64,000 bases of DNA from Planctomycetota bacterium (GTDB taxonomy: Bacteria; Planctomycetota; UBA8108; UBA1146; JAJFFE01). The translations under genes and the position numbers were made by a program. The stretch lies in contig JBJXGE010000070.1 of assembly GCA_046154185.1 (NCBI GenBank), positions 129,935 through 193,934 of the forward strand, read 5' to 3'. Numbering within the stretch: the first letter of the stretch is position 1; every line of letters starts with the position of its first letter. Positions 56,102-64,000 of the stretch are shown here, piece by piece. Under the pieces are notes generated by a model. That model saw only the letters and a program-made list of their open reading frames with translations. It made no database searches and was not told the DNA's origin.

Positions 56102-59100
56102 ATGCGGCATTCGCGCTTCGTCCTGGCGATCGCGTTGATGTTGGCGCCGAGAATCGCGGCCCAGAACAAAACCGAAGATGCGTGGCGGGAAATCAACGCC
56201 GGCGTCGCGCTCCTCGAACAGCAGAGCCCCGCGAAGGCGTCCGAGCGTTTTCGCGCCGCGCTGAAGCTCGACGAAAAACTGACGCCCGCGCGAATCAACT
56301 TGTCGATCGCGCTCTACCACGTTTCAAACTTCGCGGAAGCGCAGGCCGAAGCGCGCGCCGCAGCGATCGAAGCACCCGACTCGCCGCATGCGCACTACAT
56401 GGTCGGGCTCGCAGCACGACAATTAAGTGACACAAACGTGGCCCGCGCGGCCTTTGAGCGCGTGTTGGCGCTCGACGCCTTCGACTGCGCGACGCGAATC
56501 TATCTTGCCAGAGCCTGCCTCGAGACAGGCGAAATCGAGCGAGCACGCGGCTTGCTCGTCGAAGCCGTCGAGCGCGAACCATTCAATGTCACCGCGGTGT
56601 ACTCGCTCGCGACGACGCTCCAGCGGCTTGGTAAGCGAGAAGAGGCGAAGCCGTTCTTCGCGCGATTCCAAACGCTGCGCGCGAGCGGCTACGCGGTCAC
56701 ACTCGGGACCCAGTACCTTGAGACCGGTCGCTACGGCGCAGCCGTCACGGCGCGCGCCGACTCGCAACTTTTTGACTCGCGGACCGCGAAGTTTTCGCTT
56801 CGTCCGCCGGAGCAACGCGCCACGGCAGCGCTGCCCGCCCGTCGTGAATTCGGCGAAGGTGCGGTCGTTGATGCCGCCGGAAAAAACGAACTCGCCCAAC
56901 GCCAACCACCCGGGCTTTTGCTCGCCGACCTAGATGCCGATGGCAATCCGGAGGCGCTACTCTTCGGCGGCGGAGGCGTCATCGTGTGGCGGAACAACGA
57001 CGCGCAGTTTGCCGCGCAGGCGCCGCTCCTCGAAACGCCCGCGATCGGCGCTCTCGCCGGCGATCTAAACGGCGATGCACGCACCGATCTTCTCCTCTTG
57101 GCGGCAGATGGCCTGCACTTGTGGCTGCAAGATGCAAATACGGTGACGTTCCTTCCGAACGCGGCGAGTGCGCCGTTGCCGCAGCCGGCGGGGCTCCTGA
57201 CTACCGGCTGCCTCGCGGACGTCGACCACGATGGTGACCTCGACGTGTTCGCCGCGGGAACTACACCGACGCCGATGCTGCTGCGGAATAACGGCGATGG
57301 AAGTTTCACGGACATCGCCGCGGCCTCCGGCTTCACGATCGATTCCAAGGTGAGCGTCGCCGCGGCGGCGAGCGATCTCGACCTCGGCCGCGACACCGAC
57401 TTGCTGCTCCTGCGGCAAGACGCCAGCACACTCGTGTTTCGCAATCGTCGCGACGGGAGTTTCGTTGAAGCCGGAGCTCGCATGGGATTCGCCGCGACAC
57501 GCGCGGCCGCGACCAGCCTCGCCCTCGGCGATTACAACAAGGATGGTTTTGAAGACGTCTTTCTCGGCCGCCGCGAATTACCGGGACTCATCTTCACGAG
57601 CGACGGGCGCGCGGAAAGTTGGAAGTCAACGGACGCGCCTGCGGCGACCGGGGATGCTGACGCCGCGTTGTTCGCCGATCTCGACTGCGACGGCTGGCTC
57701 GATCTCATCACGCTTGCTGCCGGCCGACTCGCGCTCGACCGCGGCAGTAACCGCGCGTTTACGCCGTTTCCGCCTGGCACAGCACCCGATGCCTCGTTGC
57801 CCGCGCGCGCCCTCGGTGTCGCGGATGTGGATCGCGACGGCGATCTCGACATCGTGCTCGCGGATTCTGCCTCGCGCCCCATGGTGCTCACGAACGACCT
57901 GGCGGACGCGAAGTCCGTTATCGTCACACTCGCTGGCCGCGTTTCCAACAAGAGCGGCCTCGGCACAAAGCTCGATTTCCGCGCCGGCAGTTTGGCGCAG
58001 AAGATCGAATGCGGCATGAGCACGCCGGCGTCCACTCCGGCAACTCTGCACATTGGGCTCGGCGGTCACGCGCGGCCCGACGCGGTGCGACTCTTGTGGC
58101 CGTCCGGCAACGTGCAAGCCGAGCTTCCGCCGGAAGCGCTGAACCGCGGAATGCGCTGGGAAATCTTGGAAGTCGATCGGATGCCGTCGTCGTGCCCGAA
58201 TCTCTACACTTGGGATGGCCAGCGGTTCCGCTACGTGTCGGATTTTCTCGGCGGCGGCGAGATGGGCGCATGGGTCGCCGAAGGTATCCGCAATCAGCCC
58301 GATCCGGAGGAGTTCGTGCGCATACCGACCGGCGCGCTGGAACCGCGCGATGGACGCCTTGAGTTGCGCATCACCAACGAACTCGAGGAAGCCCTCTTCG
58401 TGGATCATCTCTCGTTGGTCGCGGTCGATCATCCGGCGAGCGTCGATGTGTACCCGAACGAGGGCCTGAGCTTCGTCGCGGCTCGGCCTTGGAAACTCCA
58501 CGTGATCGAAGCGCCGCAGCCGCCACTTCACGCTAGCGATGACGCTGGCCGCGATCACACGGCCGCGGTCGCAGCAACGGACCGCGTCACCGTCGAGGGC
58601 TTCCCTTTGCATCCCGTGCGCGGTTTCGCGGCGCCGCACTGGTTGGAGTGCGAGTTCGCGGCGTTGCCCGCGCACCCGGTGCTACTGCTCACGGGCTGGA
58701 CCGATTACGCCTTCAGCAGCGACACGCGCCGCGCTCAACAGGCGGGGCTCAATTTCGAAGTTCCCGTGCTTGAGGCACGCACGCGCGATGGCGCATGGCG
58801 CGTCGTCGAAGCAGACATCGGCATTCCTGTTGGCCATCCGCAAACGGTCTGCATAGAACTCGCTGGACGGCTGCAGCCTTTTGAAACGCGCCTGCGTCTC
58901 CGCACGAACATGCGCGTCTATTGGGACGCCGTCGCGATCGCAAACGCATGTCCGGCGGCGGTGCCGCGGATTTCTCGCCAATGGGCCGTGGCCGCCGACC
59001 TGCGTTGGCGCGGTTACAGCGCCCGAACGTTTCCCGGTGGGCGAAACCCGTGCGTGTACGAGTACGAACGGGTCACGACTGAGTCGCCGTGGAAATCGTT

Positions 59101-59473
59101 TGCCGGCGCATTCACTCGCACCGGTGACGTGCGCGAACTCGTCGAGCGCGTCGACAATGGGTTCGTGATCTGCACAACCGGCGATGAGATTGAGCTCAGC
59201 TTTTCGGCAGCGGCGTTTCCGTCGCTGCCGGCGGGCTGGACGCGCACCTGGCTCTTGCACGCGGATGGTTACTCGAAAGAGATGGATCCAAACTCCGCGA
59301 CGCCGGATCGACTGCTGCCGTTGCCCTTTCACGGCATGAGCCAGTATCCCTATGGACCCGAGGAAAAATTCCCCCTGACTCCACAGCTCGAATCTTGGCT
59401 CGAGTCGCTCAATACGCGATTCCTTCGCGGACACGTGCCGTTTCTGCCGGCCGCATCGGAAGCGACGCAATAG
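56102..59473 (+). CDS. TPR-repeat + FG-GAP/VCBS-like repeat + ASPIC/UnbV domain protein (CRTAC1-like)
   Basis: Signal peptide MRHSRFVLAIALMLAPRIAA. N-terminal TPR helices. Repeated LLLADLDADGNPE, DVDHDGDLDVF and DVDRDGDLDIV loops. The ASPIC segment is GLGTKLDFRAG...LHIGLGGHARPDAVRLLWPSG. Confidence 0.75.
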   Translation: MRHSRFVLAIALMLAPRIAAQNKTEDAWREINAGVALLEQQSPAKASERFRAALKLDEKLTPARINLSIALYHVSNFAEAQAEARAAAIEAPDSPHAHYMVGLAARQLSDTNVARAAFERVLALDAFDCATRIYLARACLETGEIERARGLLVEAVEREPFNVTAVYSLATTLQRLGKREEAKPFFARFQTLRASGYAVTLGTQYLETGRYGAAVTARADSQLFDSRTAKFSLRPPEQRATAALPARREFGEGAVVDAAGKNELAQRQPPGLLLADLDADGNPEALLFGGGGVIVWRNNDAQFAAQAPLLETPAIGALAGDLNGDARTDLLLLAADGLHLWLQDANTVTFLPNAASAPLPQPAGLLTTGCLADVDHDGDLDVFAAGTTPTPMLLRNNGDGSFTDIAAASGFTIDSKVSVAAAASDLDLGRDTDLLLLRQDASTLVFRNRRDGSFVEAGARMGFAATRAAATSLALGDYNKDGFEDVFLGRRELPGLIFTSDGRAESWKSTDAPAATGDADAALFADLDCDGWLDLITLAAGRLALDRGSNRAFTPFPPGTAPDASLPARALGVADVDRDGDLDIVLADSASRPMVLTNDLADAKSVIVTLAGRVSNKSGLGTKLDFRAGSLAQKIECGMSTPASTPATLHIGLGGHARPDAVRLLWPSGNVQAELPPEALNRGMRWEILEVDRMPSSCPNLYTWDGQRFRYVSDFLGGGEMGAWVAEGIRNQPDPEEFVRIPTGALEPRDGRLELRITNELEEALFVDHLSLVAVDHPASVDVYPNEGLSFVAARPWKLHVIEAPQPPLHASDDAGRDHTAAVAATDRVTVEGFPLHPVRGFAAPHWLECEFAALPAHPVLLLTGWTDYAFSSDTRRAQQAGLNFEVPVLEARTRDGAWRVVEADIGIPVGHPQTVCIELAGRLQPFETRLRLRTNMRVYWDAVAIANACPAAVPRISRQWAVAADLRWRGYSARTFPGGRNPCVYEYERVTTESPWKSFAGAFTRTGDVRELVERVDNGFVICTTGDEIELSFSAAAFPSLPAGWTRTWLLHADGYSKEMDPNSATPDRLLPLPFHGMSQYPYGPEEKFPLTPQLESWLESLNTRFLRGHVPFLPAASEATQ

Positions 59474-59651
59474 CTCACGCCTTGAGGGGGCTCGCGTATC
59501 GTCTCCCCGTCGCACACACTGACCACTGTGCACATCTCAGTGAAAAACAGCTTTGCGCGGGACCGTGGGCGAGCATGAGCAGACCGTTGACGCGACGTCC
59601 GCACGCCTTGAAAATTTTGCGACCGCTTGCGCCCCGAAGAAAGGTCCGTTC

Positions 59652-61106
59652 ATGCGACGACGCGCGTTTGGTTTGGTTTTGGTGATCGCGGCGCTCGGCG
59701 GCGCCGTTGCTCAGGACAACGCGGGCGAGTTGCTGGTGAACGGCGGTTTGAGCGATTGGCAACAGGGCGCGCCGCGCGGCTGGGAGCTTGAAGTCGGCGC
59801 GCGCCTCGGCGACGGACCGGCTTCACGCTGCGAGCAAACCCCGCAGGGTCTCAAGCTCACCGTCACAGCGGAGTCGCGCGTTTTCCACATGATCACGCAG
59901 CGCGTCGCCCTCGTTCCGAAACAGAGCTACGCGCTCTCCTTCGCGGCGCGCGCCACCGAGATCAGCCTTGCGCCCGGCCAGTTCGACAATGCGTACGTCG
60001 GCGCGATTCTCAAGCGCAATGGCGAGCGCTGCGGCGTGCAGATTAACAGCGACTTCGGCGAGTCGTTCGGGCCGCACGAGATCGTCATCGCCGCGGGCGG
60101 GGCCGACAGCGCCGACATCGCGATCTTTCTGTCGAAGAACGGCGCACTCGAAGTGCGCGACATTTCGCTCCGCGCACTCGATGGCGCCGACAGTTTCGAT
60201 CTCCTGGTGCGCCAGCTCGGGCGCTATTACAGCTACTTTGCGCACAAGCAGATTCACTGGCGGGAGCTCGCGGCGCGCTATGCCGAGCGCGGGCGCGCCG
60301 CGAAGAGCGAAGCAGAGTTCATTGCGGTGGCGCGCGAACTCCTCGCCGAACTCAAGGATCTTCATGTGACGCTTCTCGCGAGCGACGGAACGATCACCGC
60401 GACGTGTCAGGAGCCGGCCGTGCCGAATTACGATTTCAGAGCTGTCGCGCGCGAGTTGCGCGACGCGCAACAGATCGGCAAAGTCGCGCTGAGCGGACTC
60501 ACAGCGGAGGGCTTCGCGTACTTGGCGGTCGGCTCGCTCCAGTACGACGATGCGATCGAGCAGCAGGTGTTAGCGGCTATCGAGCGACACATCGACGCGC
60601 CGGCTTGGATCATCGACCTGCGAGCCAATCGCGGTGGCGACGAGCGGCGCGCCGCCGTGATCGCATCGATGTTTGCCGACGAAGAGCGCGTGTATGCGCG
60701 CGCGCGCCGGCGCAGCGGCGCCGAGCCGAGCGACCTCGGGCCGCCGACCCTGCGCCGCATCGCGCCGCGCGCGGCGCCCCACACCGACAAGCCGATCTTG
60801 TGTCTCATCGGTCCCGGCTGTGTTTCGAGCGGTGAAGGTTTCGCGAAGATGATGCGCGCGCTCCCGCACGCAACGCTCGCCGGTTTGCCGACGCGCGGCG
60901 CGAGCGGCAACCCTGCTCCGCTCGTCCTTCCGAACGGCGTCACCGTCAGCTATTCGCGCTGGGTCGACGAACTCCCCGACGGCACGTGCCTCGAAGGCCG
61001 CGGGCTCGAACCCGATTGGAAGTTTGAATTCAGCGACGCGGAAGGCGATCCAACGTTCCGCGCCGCCGTGAAAAAGTTCGCGGAGAAGTTGAGCGCCGGC
61101 AAATAG
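59652..61106 (+). CDS. S41-family (C-terminal-processing/tail-specific-like) peptidase
   Basis: Signal peptide MRRRAFGLVLVIAALGGAVA. The S41 catalytic-region motif is WIIDLRANRGGDERRAAVIASMF. Confidence 0.65.
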   Translation: MRRRAFGLVLVIAALGGAVAQDNAGELLVNGGLSDWQQGAPRGWELEVGARLGDGPASRCEQTPQGLKLTVTAESRVFHMITQRVALVPKQSYALSFAARATEISLAPGQFDNAYVGAILKRNGERCGVQINSDFGESFGPHEIVIAAGGADSADIAIFLSKNGALEVRDISLRALDGADSFDLLVRQLGRYYSYFAHKQIHWRELAARYAERGRAAKSEAEFIAVARELLAELKDLHVTLLASDGTITATCQEPAVPNYDFRAVARELRDAQQIGKVALSGLTAEGFAYLAVGSLQYDDAIEQQVLAAIERHIDAPAWIIDLRANRGGDERRAAVIASMFADEERVYARARRRSGAEPSDLGPPTLRRIAPRAAPHTDKPILCLIGPGCVSSGEGFAKMMRALPHATLAGLPTRGASGNPAPLVLPNGVTVSYSRWVDELPDGTCLEGRGLEPDWKFEFSDAEGDPTFRAAVKKFAEKLSAGK

Positions 61107-61149
61107 CGACCGCTGGTTCAGCTCTGAGCTGCGCGATTTGCACTGGCGC

Positions 61150-62379
61150 TTACAGCGCGTTTGCCCGCAACTGTTCGAGCGCTTCGGAGAGGGCGCGCTC
61201 GGGATCGACGCCGATCGAGAGGGATTCGATCGCGGTCGCGCCGACGGAGCCGCTGATGCCGGGGTTGAACATCAACTCGGTGCGCAGTTGGGCAAGCGCT
61301 TCGCGGTAGCGCGGCGCGGTCGAGCAGAGTTGCGCCACACGATCCGGCAAGTCGCGCATGCGCGCGGGCGGCATCACGATGCCGATGCGCTCGCGCAACG
61401 CGCTTTCGATCGGGTGACGCGGGTAGCGCGTGCAGTTGGGATTGCTGACGCGTCGCGGCATATCGAAGGTGAGGACGGGTTTCTCCATGCCGAGCGCGAA
61501 GTCGAACGCGATCGCGGAACCATCGCTGATCAACACGTCGGCGTTGACGAGCGTGAGGAATCCGCGCGGGTCCGGATAGACCGCGAAGTGTGGCGCGCTA
61601 TCGAATTCGCGGTGCAACGCCTTCAGCGTCTGCGGCGACGTGCGCAACACGGAAGGATGCGGCCGCACCGTCACGCGAAAGCCAGACTTGAGGAGCTGCC
61701 GCACGATTTCCGCTCCGTGGAGTTCGAGGAGTCCATTCGGGCCGGCGCCGGTCGCGATTAACACGTGGTGTTGTCGGCCGGGGACCGGATCCTGCGTCGC
61801 GCGGCGGCGCTCGAGCATCGCGTCGATCTTGCCGTAGCCGTGTTCGATCAGTCGCGGCGGTTTCCGGTCGCGTAGCTGTGCGCCGATCTTGAGCTCCGCC
61901 ATTTGATGCGGACCCGCACACAGGATCGTGTCGTAGTGGTCGAAGTCATCTTCGCGATACGCCATGTGCGTGCTCAGCAGCGAGTGGAACATGTACACGT
62001 AGTGCACGGGATGCGACTTCGAGCGCGTCAAGTCGCGCGTTTCGAGCCCGGGCTTCGTCGTGACGAGCACACCGGTACACATTTTCGCGAACACGTTTTC
62101 GCAGATCTTGCCGCGGCCGATGTAGTAAACCTGCAAGTTGGGATACGGAGTGTCGAGCAGCGGGTCGTCGGCGTCGGATGTCAAATAGCAAACGCGACGG
62201 TTGTACGCGATCGTCAAGCCGTAAATGACGCGCTCGTAGTGGTCGTAGCTCGCGGCGTTGTCGGCGTAGAACGTGATCGGCTTGTCCTTGAGCGCACGCC
62301 CTTGATAGGCGCGCGCGTCCGACCACGCTCGAAGACTCTCCTGCAGCAACGGCGCACATCCTTTGCACGTGCCAGACAA
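61150..62379 (-). CDS. CDP-glycerol glycerophosphotransferase (TagB/TagF)-like GT-B fold protein
   Basis: The C-terminal region LVNADVLISDGSAIAFDFALGMEKPVLTFDMP resembles the TagF-family motif (LITDYSS..FDF...kPiiff..D). Tentative. Confidence 0.45.
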   Translation of the reverse strand: MSGTCKGCAPLLQESLRAWSDARAYQGRALKDKPITFYADNAASYDHYERVIYGLTIAYNRRVCYLTSDADDPLLDTPYPNLQVYYIGRGKICENVFAKMCTGVLVTTKPGLETRDLTRSKSHPVHYVYMFHSLLSTHMAYREDDFDHYDTILCAGPHQMAELKIGAQLRDRKPPRLIEHGYGKIDAMLERRRATQDPVPGRQHHVLIATGAGPNGLLELHGAEIVRQLLKSGFRVTVRPHPSVLRTSPQTLKALHREFDSAPHFAVYPDPRGFLTLVNADVLISDGSAIAFDFALGMEKPVLTFDMPRRVSNPNCTRYPRHPIESALRERIGIVMPPARMRDLPDRVAQLCSTAPRYREALAQLRTELMFNPGISGSVGATAIESLSIGVDPERALSEALEQLRANAL

Positions 62380-62609
62380 GTACCGATTCGCCTCTTTGGC
62401 GTCCTCCGAGGTTATCGGCTCGCCGCGGGCTATGACTGAAGCGACCCAGGATTAACCATGGGTTGACAGCGTCGCCGCGGCAGCGCAGAGTCCGCGGCCC
62501 TCGGCGTTCTGAGCGCCAAGGGCGCTCCCAAATGGAACGTGGGCGTCCCCCCGCTCCGGCGAAGGCGTCGCACGCGCGAGATTTCCGCTGGGATTGAGAA
62601 AGTCCATCC

Positions 62610-63278
62610 GTGCAAGACCTGTTCGATCTGTTTCATAAGATCTACGACGTCGAAGGCATCATCACTTGGGGCGGGCTGCTCGCACTCATCGTGATCGTGT
62701 TCGCCGAGACCGGGCTCTTGATTGGATTCTTCCTGCCGGGCGACTCACTGCTCGTGACGGCGGGGATCTTCTGCACGCCGCACAATCCGGCCGGTGAGCC
62801 GCTCCTCAACATCGTGTGGCTCAATATTCTCGTTTCGCTGGCGGCCATCGCCGGCGACTCGCTCGGATATTACATCGGCAATAAAACTGGCCCGAAGATG
62901 TTCTCGCGCGAGAAATCGCTGTTCTTTTCGCCGAAGCACCTGCTGCGCACCAAAGAGTTTTATGAGCGGCACGGCGGCAAGACGATCGTAATCGCGCGCT
63001 TCATGCCGATCGTGCGCACGTTCGCACCCGTCGTCGCCGGCATCGGCGCGATGAACTACCGTCGATTCGTCGCCTACAACATTTTCGGTGGCATCTTATG
63101 GGTGTCGTCGATGTCGCTCCTCGGCTACGGCCTCGCCAGCCTGTGGCCCGGCGTGACGAAGCACGTCGAAAAGCTGATCATCATCATTATTTTCCTGTCA
63201 TTGTTGCCGGGGATGATCGCCTTCGCGCGCGCGAAACTCGCCGAACGAAGAGCGCGCGCGGCGATGCCGCCGAACTAG
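62610..63278 (+). CDS. DedA/TVP38-family membrane protein
   Basis: FLPGDSLLVTAGIF is the DedA signature. 222 aa. Confidence 0.8.
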   Translation: MQDLFDLFHKIYDVEGIITWGGLLALIVIVFAETGLLIGFFLPGDSLLVTAGIFCTPHNPAGEPLLNIVWLNILVSLAAIAGDSLGYYIGNKTGPKMFSREKSLFFSPKHLLRTKEFYERHGGKTIVIARFMPIVRTFAPVVAGIGAMNYRRFVAYNIFGGILWVSSMSLLGYGLASLWPGVTKHVEKLIIIIIFLSLLPGMIAFARAKLAERRARAAMPPN

Positions 63279-63982
63279 CGCGTCGGACGCGGCGGCCAGC
63301 CAGTCAGAAGCGCGAGCGCGAGGAGCGCGCCGACGACGGCCACCGCGATGCGAATCCACTTGTCGCCGCCCTTGATCGCGAGTCGCGCGCCGATCACGCC
63401 GCCGAAGCCATTCCCGATCGCGAGCGGCACGACGCACGTCCAATAGACCTGCCCTTGCCAGACAAAGACGACGCTCGCACTCGCCGACAACACGAGCACC
63501 ATGAGCGTCTTCACGACCACTGCGTTCAACAGCGAGATCCCGAGCAGTCGCGGCAGCACCATCATGATCAATACGCCGATGCCGGCGCCGAGAAATCCGC
63601 CGTAGAGCCCGAACAAGAACGCCGTGAGCCAACTCGCCGCCCGCCGAACGCCCGACACGTTTGATCGAATGGTGGGCGGACGCGCCGGCGCGATGAACAT
63701 CATCGCGACACCCGCAAGCAGCACCCACGCCATGATGGTGCTGAAGTCCGCGCCTTCGAGCACGCTCGCTAGATACGAACCCGGCAGCGCGCCGAGACCG
63801 GCAGCGACCGCGCACGCGATCGCATCGCGCAAACTCCCCGCGCGCGCGCGTCGCAACGTGTCCGTTCCCGCGAGCGCTTGCACCACAACCGCCAGTCTAT
63901 TCGTGGCATTCGCGATCTGATCGGGGAGCCCAAACACGAGCACCAAGAGCGGCAACGTCAGCGTCGTGCCGGCGCCGACCAT
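63275..63982 (-). CDS. TauE/SafE (TSUP) family sulfite/anion exporter
   Basis: Polytopic, with an internal duplication typical of TSUP. The N-terminus may extend beyond the window end (in frame to 64000). Confidence 0.65.
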   Translation of the reverse strand: MVGAGTTLTLPLLVLVFGLPDQIANATNRLAVVVQALAGTDTLRRARAGSLRDAIACAVAAGLGALPGSYLASVLEGADFSTIMAWVLLAGVAMMFIAPARPPTIRSNVSGVRRAASWLTAFLFGLYGGFLGAGIGVLIMMVLPRLLGISLLNAVVVKTLMVLVLSASASVVFVWQGQVYWTCVVPLAIGNGFGGVIGARLAIKGGDKWIRIAVAVVGALLALALLTGWPPRPTR

Positions 63983-64000
63983 CGTGTTGACGATTCCGGC

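Noticed and set aside
57626-58675. 349-aa antisense ORF inside the TPR/ASPIC gene
   Set aside because: No motifs. It is a high-GC off-frame artefact.

Overview
This is a GC-rich bacterial chromosomal window of about 64 kb. It is gene-dense on both strands and has no rRNA, tRNA, CRISPR array or transposase. The content is largely housekeeping or accessory metabolism plus an unusually large set of secreted, repeat-rich proteins.

Metabolic and housekeeping genes:
- A leucine-catabolism cluster at 28.4-33.7 kb: methylcrotonyl-CoA carboxylase carboxyltransferase, enoyl-CoA hydratase, biotin carboxylase, a separately encoded BCCP subunit and HMG-CoA lyase.
- UppP, Xaa-Pro dipeptidase, an M1 aminopeptidase, an S41 peptidase, a beta-lactamase-like hydrolase and a DAG-kinase-family lipid kinase.
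- DedA and TauE membrane proteins.
- An ECF sigma factor next to a VIT-vWA protein.
- A VapC/Phd toxin-antitoxin pair.

Secreted and repeat proteins:
- A 1216-aa protein made of carboxypeptidase-regulatory-like repeats.
- Two ASPIC/UnbV-domain (CRTAC1-like) proteins carrying FG-GAP-type calcium-binding repeats.

Observations that stand out:
1. A signal-peptide/thioredoxin-fold/PDZ protein (23288..24562) has two in-frame TGA codons spaced as U-x-x-U exactly where the CxxC redox motif belongs, followed by a perfect hairpin. This looks like a diselenide selenoprotein of the SelL type.
2. The adjacent-region CRTAC1-like gene has a single in-frame TGA (54957..54959) followed after an 11-nt spacer by a 17-nt hairpin with a GGUCG loop, which is close to the minimal bacterial SECIS geometry. 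It is likely a second Sec-recoded gene.
3. Five paralogous secreted proteins share a roughly 90-aa cysteine-rich dockerin-type-I-like module (two DxNxDxxxxxxD loops plus a PFP-CG-DPT-D-L-C tail). Two of them also carry cohesin-like beta-sandwich N-terminal regions.
4. The MCC alpha subunit is split into biotin carboxylase and BCCP genes joined by an ATGA overlap.
5. A 500-bp intergenic cluster of REP-like GC hairpins contains two divergent tandem units of about 128 bp.
6. A rearranged mosaic at 48-50 kb holds an AbiEii-like nucleotidyltransferase pseudogene and chimeric duplicated segments of two neighbouring genes.

All functional calls are from motif recognition by eye. No database search was possible.
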